NCBI GenBank assembly: GCA_938034975.1
Contig: CALHNI010000001.1
Coordinates: 105,807 to 169,806 of the forward strand
DNA length: 64,000 bases
Source of the DNA: Candidatus Goldiibacteriota bacterium
Lineage (GTDB): Bacteria; Oederibacteriota; PGYV01; DYJU01
Reading direction: 5' to 3'
In this document: positions 47,640 to 56,268 of the stretch, piece by piece
Position numbering within the stretch: position 1 is the first letter of the stretch
Layout: each line of letters starts with the position of its first letter
Notes under the pieces: model-generated
Databases searched by the model: none
What the model saw: only the letters and a program-made list of their open reading frames with translations
Told to the model about the DNA's origin: nothing
Translations under genes and position numbers: made by a program

Positions 47640-48809
47640 ATGAAAATAGTTTTAGCAACAGAATCTTATTATCCAAATGTTGATGGCGGCGCTGTTATGG
47701 AGAGAAATTTATCGCATGAACTTGCAAGGCGGGGGCATAGCGTTACAATACTGGCACCTGCAAGAAGGTTTGAGGACTATGATGAAAAGGATGGCGATAC
47801 CACAATTGCAAGATTTAAGGCAATTACTTTCCCTACTTTGAGGGAGTATAAAGCAACGGTATTCCCATATAAATCAATTAAGAAACGACTTTATGAAATA
47901 AAACCGGATATTATTCATATACATAACCCATATATGATTGGAAGAGCCGCATTAAAGGTTGCAAGAGAATTAAACATTCCTGTCTTAGGAACCAACCATC
48001 TTATGCCGGAAAATTTTTTTATGCATGTTGCAAAATTTTCTTTTTTATACAAATTTTTAAAAGATTTTGGTTGGAAATTAATTGTGGATTTTTATAATAG
48101 ATGTGATTTTGTAACATCTCCGACACAGACAGCAGTTAATTTTCTTTTAGAAAATGGTTTGAAAGTTAAAAACAAACCACTATCAAATGGAATAAATTTA
48201 AACGTGTTTAAACCGGATAATTCGCCAGAAATTATAATAAAAAAATATAATATTCCTGATAAAAAGATAATTCTATATACAGGGAGGATAAGCGGTGAAA
48301 AAAGTTTACCTGTTTTAGTAAGAGCGTTTAAATACATAAGGGATAAAGGGTATGATTATCATTTGGTTTTTGCAGGAGCAGGCAGAGAGTTGCCAAATAT
48401 AAAAAAACTTGTAAATAAACTGGGTTTAACTGATTTTGTTACATATATTGGTTTTCTTGAAAAAAATGAGTTTCCTTCTGTATATACAATGGCAGATGTT
48501 TTTGCCATACCTTCAACTGCTGAGTTGCAATCCATTGTTGTTATGGAAGCCATGGCGTCTGGTCTGCCAGTTGTTGCAGCAAATAGCGGAGCTTTACCTG
48601 AACTGGTAGGTGATATGGATAATGGCTTTTTATTTGAACCAGGTAATTATCAGGAGATGGGAGAAAAACTAATAAAAGTGCTTGAAGATGAAGAACTATA
48701 TAAAAAGTTCAGCAGGAAAAGTCTTGAAAAAATAGAAAAACATAATTTTATGAATATAGTAACAGAAGTTGAGAATCTATATAAAAATTTGATAGAAAAA
48801 AAGATTTAA
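47640..48809 (+). CDS. Glycosyltransferase family 4 (GT-B)
   Basis: 389 aa with an N-terminal Y.PNVDGGA, LYTGRIS.EK and E..S.VVMEAMASGLPVVA motifs. Confidence 0.8.
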   Translation: MKIVLATESYYPNVDGGAVMERNLSHELARRGHSVTILAPARRFEDYDEKDGDTTIARFKAITFPTLREYKATVFPYKSIKKRLYEIKPDIIHIHNPYMIGRAALKVARELNIPVLGTNHLMPENFFMHVAKFSFLYKFLKDFGWKLIVDFYNRCDFVTSPTQTAVNFLLENGLKVKNKPLSNGINLNVFKPDNSPEIIIKKYNIPDKKIILYTGRISGEKSLPVLVRAFKYIRDKGYDYHLVFAGAGRELPNIKKLVNKLGLTDFVTYIGFLEKNEFPSVYTMADVFAIPSTAELQSIVVMEAMASGLPVVAANSGALPELVGDMDNGFLFEPGNYQEMGEKLIKVLEDEELYKKFSRKSLEKIEKHNFMNIVTEVENLYKNLIEKKI

Positions 48810-48817
48810 TAAATATA

Positions 48818-50932
48818 ATGAAGACAATTTATCTTTCTTTTTTGTGGCATATGCACCAGCCATATTATAAGAATATTGAAACAAATAAATTCATTCTTCC
48901 CTGGGTAAGATTACATGGGGTGAAAGATTATTATGATATGGTGCATATTTTGCAAAAATACCATGGGATAAGACAAAATTTTAATCTTGTGCCTTCACTT
49001 TTGAAACAAATAGAAGAATATTTGGAAGGCACAACCGATATTTTTATGGATATGACATTAAAAAGGGCTCAGGATTTAAATGAGGACGAAAGAGTTTTTA
49101 TATTAAATAATTTTTTTATGGCTAACTGGAATACAATGGTTTATCCATATAAAAGATATTCTTTTTTACTTAAAAAAAGGGGAGAAAATACCAATCCTGA
49201 TGAAATAAGAAAAATACACAAAAATTTTTCAATTGATGAAATAAGAGACCTGCAAACCTGGTTTAATTTAACCTGGGTAGACAGTGATTTTTATAGTGTG
49301 TTTCCCGAACTAAAAAAATTAAAAGATAAAGAAGAAAATTTTTCTGAAGAAGAAAAAAAATTTGTTATTGATACCCACATCAAAATTTTACGTATGATAA
49401 TACCTGAATACAAAAGCATGCAGCAAAACGGAATTATAGAAATTTCAACGACTCCTTTTTATCATCCAATTTTACCCTTATTATGTAATTCAAAAATAGC
49501 AAAAGTTTCATTACCTGATTTACAAATTGATTTTGATTTTTCCTGTCCTGATGATGCAAAAGTTCAGGTTGAAAAAGCAATAAAATATTATGAGGAAAAA
49601 TTTGAAGTTAGACCATATGGTTTCTGGCCATCCGAAGGGTCTGTGAGTGATGAAGTAATAGATATATTTATAAAAAACAATATAAAATGGATAGCAACGG
49701 ATGAAGATATTTTAAAAAAGACGCTTTCTGAAAATAATAATAACGAAGTTAATATTTACAAACCTTATTTGTTTAATAGCGATTCGGGGAATATTAATAT
49801 TTTTTTCAGAAATCATTATTTATCTGATTTGATTAGTTTTACCTATCAATCCTGGAATACAAATGATGCCATCAATCATTTTATTTCAGAGATACAAAAA
49901 ATCGGAGAAAATAGCAAAGATAATATATGTCACATAAGTGTAATTTTGGATGGTGAAAATGCCTGGGAATATTATCCTAATGATGGTAAAGAATTTTTAA
50001 ACGGCCTTTATGAAAGTTTTAAAGAAAGTAAAAATATAAAACTTATAACTCTTAATGAAGCAACACAAATTTTTAAAGATAAACAGATTCTTACAAAAAT
50101 TTTTCCTGGTTCATGGATAAATCATGATTTTTATATCTGGATAGGGCATAAGGATGACAGAAAGGCATGGCAATTATTAAAAATGACAAGGGATGATTTA
50201 ATCAAAAAAAACATACAGGATAAAGAAATTTTAAAGAAAGCATGGGAAGAAATTTATATAGCGGAAGGAAGCGACTGGAATTGGTGGTATGGCGATGATC
50301 ATTCATCAAAAAATGATGCTGAATTTGATAATCTTTTCAGATTACATCTTATGAATGTATATAAACTTATAAATGAACCAATTCCGGATATTTTATATAT
50401 GCCGATTACAAAAGCAGATAGGACATTTTTTTTACAGCCATCAAAATTTATATATCCGGAGATAGACGGAGTAATAACTAATTTTTTTGAATGGCGGGGA
50501 GCAGGCGTTTATGATTTCTCTTATGAAGGAACTATGCATAATTTAGATAGGTATACAAATTCGCTTTATTATGGATTTAACACAGAAAATTTTTATATAC
50601 GGATTGATTTTTTAAATAAAAAATTTTTAAAAGAAGATATTTTGGAAATTAAATTTATTTCAGAAAAAGAAACAGGGACAATAAAAATAAATTTATCAGA
50701 TTTACAGATAAAATCAGATATTGATTTAAAAGATGTTTTATTAAATTTTAAGGATATAATGGAGATAAAAATACCATTTGAAAATATTAAAAGGTTTGTC
50801 AATAATAACGAAATAAGTTTTATCGGATTTATAAAAAGAGCAGAAAACCTGATTGAAAAGTTGCCTGAAAAAGGTGCAGTAAAAATACAGGTTCCTGAAA
50901 AAGATTTTGAACTTTATAACTGGGTAGTTTAA
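48818..50932 (+). CDS. Glycoside hydrolase family 57 protein (alpha-amylase / 4-alpha-glucanotransferase type)
   Basis: 704 aa with HMHQPYY, WPSEGSVS, DGENAWEYY and EGSDWNWWYG motifs characteristic of GH57. Confidence 0.8.
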   Translation: MKTIYLSFLWHMHQPYYKNIETNKFILPWVRLHGVKDYYDMVHILQKYHGIRQNFNLVPSLLKQIEEYLEGTTDIFMDMTLKRAQDLNEDERVFILNNFFMANWNTMVYPYKRYSFLLKKRGENTNPDEIRKIHKNFSIDEIRDLQTWFNLTWVDSDFYSVFPELKKLKDKEENFSEEEKKFVIDTHIKILRMIIPEYKSMQQNGIIEISTTPFYHPILPLLCNSKIAKVSLPDLQIDFDFSCPDDAKVQVEKAIKYYEEKFEVRPYGFWPSEGSVSDEVIDIFIKNNIKWIATDEDILKKTLSENNNNEVNIYKPYLFNSDSGNINIFFRNHYLSDLISFTYQSWNTNDAINHFISEIQKIGENSKDNICHISVILDGENAWEYYPNDGKEFLNGLYESFKESKNIKLITLNEATQIFKDKQILTKIFPGSWINHDFYIWIGHKDDRKAWQLLKMTRDDLIKKNIQDKEILKKAWEEIYIAEGSDWNWWYGDDHSSKNDAEFDNLFRLHLMNVYKLINEPIPDILYMPITKADRTFFLQPSKFIYPEIDGVITNFFEWRGAGVYDFSYEGTMHNLDRYTNSLYYGFNTENFYIRIDFLNKKFLKEDILEIKFISEKETGTIKINLSDLQIKSDIDLKDVLLNFKDIMEIKIPFENIKRFVNNNEISFIGFIKRAENLIEKLPEKGAVKIQVPEKDFELYNWVV

Positions 50933-50956
50933 ATGATAAGTAGTTTTTAATTTTTA

Positions 50957-51383
50957 GATAATGTGAAAAGTTCTATGAAAAAGAAAGAAGTCAGAGATTA
51001 AAATATATACTAAAAGTATAGAAAATAATATACATTTCCCCCTCTTTTAAAAAGAGGAGGCAGGCGAGATTTAAAAATAATGAATCAAATTTCCCAGAAA
51101 TCTCCTTTTTACAAAGTGGTAGAAAAAAAGAAAGAGGAGGAAAATCGCTCTTAGTCTCCCTTTTGCAAAGGGGGAGAAAAAAAATAAGAATAAGAATAAA
51201 AAATTCCTCTCTTTAATAAAGAGGGGTTAGTGGAGATTTTAAATTAAAAGAGAGCGAGAAAAAGAGAATGGATGTATGTAAATCCGCCTAAATCCTTCTT
51301 TGATAAAGGTGGAACAAAAGGCAACCAAAGTATATGAATAAAAGGATTTTTAAGTGAAAAGCGTTAAAACTTTTCACAATACC
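50957..51383 (+). mobile_element. Family-A MITE, copy A1 (long form, 427 bp)
   Basis: It starts gataatgtgaaaagtt and ends aacttttcacaatacc. It is flanked by the 8-bp direct repeat aattttta at 50949-50956 and 51384-51391. Confidence 0.85.
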
Positions 51384-51407
51384 AATTTTTATGGCAGGAG
51401 GAAAAAT

Positions 51408-52685
51408 ATGAAAGTGCTTGTTGTAGGAAGTGGTGGCAGAGAACATGCATTAACGTGGACAATTTCTAAAAATAAAGATATTAAAAAAATTTATTGTGCG
51501 CCGGGAAATGCAGGGACAGAAGGTATAGCAGAAAACATTCCAATAAATGCTGAAGATATTGATGAATTATTAAAATTTGCAGAAGAAAAAAATATAGATC
51601 TTACTGTTGTTGGTCCTGAAATACCTTTGATTAACGGTATTGTTGACATTTTTGAAGAAAAAGGATTAAAAATTTTTGGACCAGGTAAAGATGCAGCACA
51701 ATTAGAAGGGAGCAAGAGTTTTACAAAGAACCTGCTTAAAAAAAATAATATACCAACTGCTTTATTTTTGGAAACTGATTTGCCGGAAAAAGCAAAAGAA
51801 TTTATTATTAAAAATAAAAAATACCCTATTGTGATAAAAGCGGATGGTCCGGCAGCAGGTAAAGGCGTAATAATATGTGAAAATGAAAACCAGGCAATAA
51901 ATGCAATAGATGATATAATGATAAAAAAGATTTTTAAAGAAGCAGGTGAAAAAATTGTTATAGAAGAATTTTTAGAAGGAGATGAGGCAAGTATACTTGC
52001 TTTGACAGATGGAAATACAATTTATCCTTTACCACCTTCCCAGGATCATAAGAAAATTTTTGATGATGATAAAGGACCTAATACAGGAGGAATGGGGGCC
52101 TATGCTCCTACTCCGCTTATCAGCAAAGAACTTGAAAAAAAAATACTGGATAAAATTTTATATCCAACTTTAGATGGGTTAAAGCGTGAAGGTATAATTT
52201 ACAAAGGTATAATGTATGCAGGTCTTATGATATGTAACCAGGAACCTTATGTTCTTGAATATAATGTGAGATTCGGGGATCCTGAGACCCAGGCAGTTTT
52301 GCCGCTTTTAAAGTCAGATATTATTGATTTGTTTTTTTCATCAATAGATGGGAGTCTAAAAAATAAAAAACTGGAAATAGAAAATAAAGCAGCCATAAAT
52401 GTTGTCATAGCATCTGAAGGTTATCCCGGAAATTATGAAAAGGGAAAAGTCATAAAAGGTCTTGATGCATTTAAAGACAGACAGGATATAATTATATTCC
52501 ATGCCGGCACAAAAAGGCAGAATAATGATATTGTGACTGCTGGTGGTAGAGTATTAAATATTACAGCCATTGATAAAGATATAAAATCAGCAATTGAAAA
52601 AGTGTATAGTGAAATAAATAAAATAAGTTTTGAAGGAATGTATTATAGGACAGATATAGGAAAACGGGTATTTAAATATTTATAA
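51408..52685 (+). CDS. purD: Phosphoribosylamine-glycine ligase
   Basis: Start trimmed to the ATG at 51408 (RBS aggagg), because the longer track ORF begins inside the MITE. It has MKVLVVGSGGREHAL, an ATP-grasp region and NVRFGDPE. Confidence 0.95.
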   Translation: MKVLVVGSGGREHALTWTISKNKDIKKIYCAPGNAGTEGIAENIPINAEDIDELLKFAEEKNIDLTVVGPEIPLINGIVDIFEEKGLKIFGPGKDAAQLEGSKSFTKNLLKKNNIPTALFLETDLPEKAKEFIIKNKKYPIVIKADGPAAGKGVIICENENQAINAIDDIMIKKIFKEAGEKIVIEEFLEGDEASILALTDGNTIYPLPPSQDHKKIFDDDKGPNTGGMGAYAPTPLISKELEKKILDKILYPTLDGLKREGIIYKGIMYAGLMICNQEPYVLEYNVRFGDPETQAVLPLLKSDIIDLFFSSIDGSLKNKKLEIENKAAINVVIASEGYPGNYEKGKVIKGLDAFKDRQDIIIFHAGTKRQNNDIVTAGGRVLNITAIDKDIKSAIEKVYSEINKISFEGMYYRTDIGKRVFKYL

Positions 52686-52735
52686 AAATTATTGAATAAA
52701 AGCAAATCACACAAAAATGTGTAGAGATAATGTGA

Positions 52736-53126
52736 AAAGTTCTATGAAAAAGAAAGAAAACAGAGATTAAAATATATACAAAAAGTATTGAAAATAATAT
52801 ACATTTCCCCCTCTTTTAAAAAGAGGAGGCAGGGGAGATTTAAAAATAATGAATCAAATCCCCCAGAAATCTCCTTTTTACAAAGTGGTAGAAAAAAAAA
52901 GAGGAGGAAAATCGCTCTTAGTCTCCCTTTTGCAAAGTGGGAGAAAAAAATAAAAATAAGAATAAAAAATTCCTCTCTTTAATAAAGAGGGGTTTAAATT
53001 AAAAGAGAGCGAGAAAAAGATAATTGATGTATGTAAATCCGCCTAAATTCCCTTTTGATAAAGGGGGAACAAAGGCAAAATAAAAAGGATTTTTAAGTGA
53101 AAAGCGTTAAAACTTTTCACAATACA
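52736..53126 (+). mobile_element. Family-A MITE, copy A2 (long form, 391 bp)
   Basis: It has the same termini as A1. It is flanked by the direct repeat tgtgtaga at 52728-52735 and 53127-53134 (9 nt, atgtgtaga, if the junction base is counted). Confidence 0.88.
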
Positions 53127-53150
53127 TGTGTAGATTAAAGGAGGTTATCT

Positions 53151-53663
53151 ATGAAAGTTGCTATTGTTGTTGGCAGTGATTCTGATTTACCGGTTATTAA
53201 TGAAAGTATAAAAATGTTTGAAAAGTTCGGTATAAAAGTTTCAGTAAATATTGCTTCGGCGCATAGAACACCTGATAAAATAAAGAAAGTTTTAAAAGAA
53301 ACTGAAGATTGTGAAGTGATAATTGCAGCAGCAGGTATGGCAGCTCATCTTCCTGGCGTGATTGCTGCACAAACAATTAAACCTGTTATAGGTATTCCAA
53401 TGCAGGGTGGTGCATTAAATGGTATAGATGCACTTTTTTCCATAGCGCAGATGCCATCTGGTGTTCCGGTTGCTACGGTTGCAATAGGTAAGGCAGGCGC
53501 TATAAATGCAGCATTACTTGCTGTTGAAATACTCTCTTTAAAATATAATAAATTAAAAGACAAAATAAAAAAATACAGGAAAGAAATGGCAGATAGTATA
53601 AATACAAAAGATATAAAATTGCAAAAAATTGGTATAGAAAAATTTATTGCAGAATTAAAATAA
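53151..53663 (+). CDS. purE: 5-(carboxyamino)imidazole ribonucleotide mutase
   Basis: 170 aa with VGSDSD, SAHRTP and AGMAAHLPGV motifs. Confidence 0.95.
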   Translation: MKVAIVVGSDSDLPVINESIKMFEKFGIKVSVNIASAHRTPDKIKKVLKETEDCEVIIAAAGMAAHLPGVIAAQTIKPVIGIPMQGGALNGIDALFSIAQMPSGVPVATVAIGKAGAINAALLAVEILSLKYNKLKDKIKKYRKEMADSINTKDIKLQKIGIEKFIAELK

Positions 53664-54209
53664 ATGATTACTAATATAGTCAATATATTAAATAGAGGCG
53701 GAATTGTAATTTTACCAACTGATACTGTTTATGGCATTTTTGCGTTGAGCGATAACAAAAAAGCAATAAATAAAATTTATGATATTAAAAAAAGAGATTA
53801 TAAAAAACCATTACAAATTTTTTTACCGGATATAAAATCAATAAAAAAATATGCAATTATAAATAAAAATAACAAAAAATACATTGATAAATTTTTACCA
53901 GGAAAATATACATTGATTTTTAAAATACGTAAAAAAAATAAAAAAAAATTTATATTTTTAAAAGATGATACAATAGGTATCAGAGTTATAAAATACAGAG
54001 TGCTTAATGAGATTTTAAAAAAACTAAATAAACCACTTGCCGCAACAAGTGCAAATTTTTCAGGTGATAAAACGCCATGCAAATTCAGTGAAATTAATAA
54101 AAAAATTATTGAAAGTGTGGACTATTTTTTAAAAGATGATAGTGTGGTAAGTGGAAAACCATCAAGAGTAATTGATGTGTCAGGAAAGGAAATCAAAGTT
54201 TTGAGATAA
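53664..54209 (+). CDS. tsaC: L-threonylcarbamoyladenylate synthase, TsaC/YrdC type
   Basis: 181 aa with ILPTDTVYGI, KKRDYKKPL and LAATSAN.SG motifs. Confidence 0.8.
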   Translation: MITNIVNILNRGGIVILPTDTVYGIFALSDNKKAINKIYDIKKRDYKKPLQIFLPDIKSIKKYAIINKNNKKYIDKFLPGKYTLIFKIRKKNKKKFIFLKDDTIGIRVIKYRVLNEILKKLNKPLAATSANFSGDKTPCKFSEINKKIIESVDYFLKDDSVVSGKPSRVIDVSGKEIKVLR

Positions 54210-54288
54210 AAAAATTTATTTTTTATTAGCATTTTTTATATTTTCTTTTCTCAATAGCGTTTTAAAAAGGAATTTTTTCTATCACATC

Positions 54289-54463
54289 TCGTAAAAATAC
54301 GTAAGAAAACGCGTTTTTACTGGAAAACAAAATTTTTTATTATTTTTATAATGCATTATTTTTATTTGCCTGTTTTTTAATTTAAAATAAAGAACAAGTG
54401 TTGTTTTAAATATTTTATTGTTTTTTTTCTTCTGAAAATCGCGAACTTTTAAAGATTTTTAGG
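54289..54463 (+). repeat. Family-B repeat, copy B6 (175 bp)
   Basis: The sequence reads tcgtaaaaatacgtaagaaaacgcgtttttactgg...aaaataaagaacaagtgttgttttaaatattttattg...cttctgaaaatcgcgaacttttaaagatttttagg. Confidence 0.75.
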
Positions 54464-54476
54464 ACATAAAAATCAA

Positions 54477-54505
54477 TTGACAACAATAATATTATTTATT
54501 ATACT
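54477..54505 (+). promoter_or_regulatory. Strong sigma70-type promoter (TTGACA-N17-TATACT) for the tRNA-Phe/tRNA-Thr (and possibly rpsP) unit
   Basis: aaTTGACAacaataatattatttatTATACTtttt lies about 30 nt upstream of the tRNA-Phe 5' end. Confidence 0.6.
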
Positions 54506-54535
54506 TTTTTTAAAAAAAAAGCAGGAATTTATGGT

Positions 54536-54611
54536 GCCGAGATAGCTCAGTCGGTAGAGCGACAGACTGAAAATCTGTGCGTCGGCGGTTCGATTCCGTC
54601 TCTCGGCACCA
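54536..54611 (+). tRNA. tRNA-Phe (anticodon GAA), encoded CCA
   Basis: Hand-folded. The acceptor is gccgaga/tctcggc and the D-arm tagctcagtcggtagagc. The anticodon stem is acaga/tctgt with loop ctGAAaa, the T-loop is ttcgatt, and the 3' end is aCCA. Confidence 0.92.
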
Positions 54612-54625
54612 TTATTTAATTTTTT

Positions 54626-54701
54626 GCCGGCGTAGCTCAGTGGTTAGAGCAACGGTTTCGTAAACCGTAGGTCGTGCGTTCAAATCGCATCGCCGGCTCC
54701 A
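54626..54701 (+). tRNA. tRNA-Thr (anticodon CGT), encoded CCA
   Basis: Hand-folded. The acceptor is gccggcg/cgccggc and the D-arm tagctcagtggttagagc. The anticodon stem is acggt/accgt with loop ttCGTaa, the T-loop is ttcaaat, and the 3' end is tCCA. Confidence 0.92.
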
Positions 54702-54727
54702 GTTGTGAGGAATTTAACTAATTTTTA

Positions 54728-54986
54728 GATAATGTGAAAAGTTCTATGAAAAAGAAAGAAGGCAGAGATTAAAATATATACTCTAAAAGTATTGAAAATA
54801 ATATACATTATCCCCTCTTTAATAAAGAGGGGTTAGGGGAGATTTTAAATTAAAAGAGAGTTAGAAAAAGAGAATGGATGTGAATCCCCCTAAAATCCCC
54901 CTTTGATAAAAGGGGAACAAAGGCAAAAGAAGTATATGAATAAAAGGATTTTTAAGTGAAAAGGATAAAAAACTTTTCACAATACT
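54728..54986 (+). mobile_element. Family-A MITE, copy A3 (short form, 259 bp)
   Basis: It starts gataatgtgaaaagtt and ends aacttttcacaatact. It is flanked by aattttta (54720-54727) and aatttttt (54987-54994), a 7/8 match. Confidence 0.82.
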
Positions 54987-55010
54987 AATTTTTTAAGGAG
55001 GAGTTTTTTT

Positions 55011-55292
55011 ATGGCTGTTATTATGAGATTAAAGAGGATGGGTAGAGAAAAAGTTCCTTTTTTCAGGATTGTTATAGCAGATGATAGAAGATCAGCCAAA
55101 GGCGGCAGATATATTGAGGAAATTGGACATTATTATCCTGTAAAGAATTTGGTTAAGATTGATAATGAAAAGGCATCAATCTGGTTAAGCAAAGGTGTAA
55201 GAGTTTCAGAAACAGTAAAGGCGCTTTTGAAAAAAAATGGAATTTCTTTACCTGTAAAAAGTAAAAAAAAGAAAAAAGATAAACAAGAATGA
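55011..55292 (+). CDS. rpsP: 30S ribosomal protein S16
   Basis: 93 aa starting MAVIMRLKRMGREKVPFFRIVIADDRRSAKGGRYIEEIGHYYP. Confidence 0.95.
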   Translation: MAVIMRLKRMGREKVPFFRIVIADDRRSAKGGRYIEEIGHYYPVKNLVKIDNEKASIWLSKGVRVSETVKALLKKNGISLPVKSKKKKKDKQE

Positions 55293-55528
55293 AATTTTTA
55301 TTAAAAACTTTAATTGAATATTTAATAAAAGAAAAAAACAAATTGAAAATTATTGAACAAAAAGAAGATAATAATATTAAATATATTATTAAAGTTTCAA
55401 AAGATGATTTTAAAACAATCATCGGAAGAGAAGGAAAAACAATCAAGGCAATTAGAAATTTAGTTAATATAGCGGCACTGAACAAAGGAATTAAAAAAAA
55501 GATACCGGTTGAAATAATTGATGAATGA
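55289..55528 (+). CDS. KH-domain RNA-binding protein (YlqC/UPF0109 family)
   Basis: 79 aa with an IIGREGKTIKAIRNLV motif, in the conserved position after rpsP. Confidence 0.8.
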   Translation: MKFLLKTLIEYLIKEKNKLKIIEQKEDNNIKYIIKVSKDDFKTIIGREGKTIKAIRNLVNIAALNKGIKKKIPVEIIDE

Positions 55529-56268
55529 ATATTGATATTTTAACTATTTTTCCAGAGGTCTTTGACATTACCCTTAATTTTAGTATTATCAAAAGGGCAA
55601 AAGAGAAAAAAAAAGTTTTTTTTAAAATCATAAATATCAGAGATTTTGCAAAAGATAAACATAAAACAGTAGATGATGTGCCTTATGGTTGTCTTAATGG
55701 TATGGTTATGAAGATTGAGCCACTTTATGAAGCCATACAGAGTTTAAATTATGATAAAAAAATAAAAAATAAAATTATTTTGTTAAGTGCTGCAGGAAAA
55801 AAACTTAACCAGTGTAAACTCCGGGAATATTCAGAACTGGAAAATTTAGCCATAATCTGTGGCAGGTATGAAGGTGTAGATGAACGGATTTTAAATTATA
55901 TTGATGAGGAAATTTCAATAGGAGATTATGTTATAAGCGGTGGTGAATTTGCAGCACTTGTAATAATAGAAGGCATAACAAGACTTTTGCCAGGTGTTTT
56001 GGGAAATGAAGAATCACTGAAAAATGAATCATTTAATGAAGATATGCTTGATTTTCCACATTATACAAGGCCAAGAGAATTTAAAGGACTTAAAGTTCCA
56101 GATGTTTTATTCTCAGGTAATCATAAAAAAATAAAGGAGTGGTTGCGAAAGGCATCTATTAAAAAAACATACGAAAACCGACCTGAAATTCTAAAAGAAA
56201 TTAAACTTTCAAAAGAAGATATAGAATATTTAAATGAATTAAAGAAAGGAGAGAAAATAAATGAATAA
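55525..56268 (+). CDS. trmD: tRNA (guanine37-N1)-methyltransferase
   Basis: 247 aa with ILTIFPE, CGRYEGVDER, GDYVISGGE and YTRP motifs. Confidence 0.95.
   Translation: MNIDILTIFPEVFDITLNFSIIKRAKEKKKVFFKIINIRDFAKDKHKTVDDVPYGCLNGMVMKIEPLYEAIQSLNYDKKIKNKIILLSAAGKKLNQCKLREYSELENLAIICGRYEGVDERILNYIDEEISIGDYVISGGEFAALVIIEGITRLLPGVLGNEESLKNESFNEDMLDFPHYTRPREFKGLKVPDVLFSGNHKKIKEWLRKASIKKTYENRPEILKEIKLSKEDIEYLNELKKGEKINE

Noticed and set aside
51354-51407. Upstream extension of purD (MKSVKTFHNTNFYGRRKN)
   Set aside because: It begins inside the terminal hairpin of MITE A1. The ATG at 51408 has AGGAGG at the correct spacing and yields the canonical MKVLVVGSGGREHAL start.
52788-52982. 64-aa ORF rich in K/R inside A2, and the similar 61-aa ORF at 2621..2806 inside B1
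   Set aside because: Both lie wholly within repeat elements. They are not conserved as ORFs between copies, have low-complexity composition and have no RBS.
50957-53126. Purine, ZTP or other riboswitch upstream of purD and purE
   Set aside because: The conserved sequence before both pur genes is the family-A element. The same element also precedes rpsP and an adhesin gene and is bounded by TIRs and 8-bp target duplications. I could not find the conserved cores of the purine or ZTP (pfl) riboswitches.
50957-54986. CRISPR array suggested by recurring short palindromic units (cccctcttt...aaagagggg)
   Set aside because: The units are imperfect and of variable length. They are not separated by uniform unique spacers, they occur inside a TIR-bounded element present in dispersed copies, and no cas genes are present.
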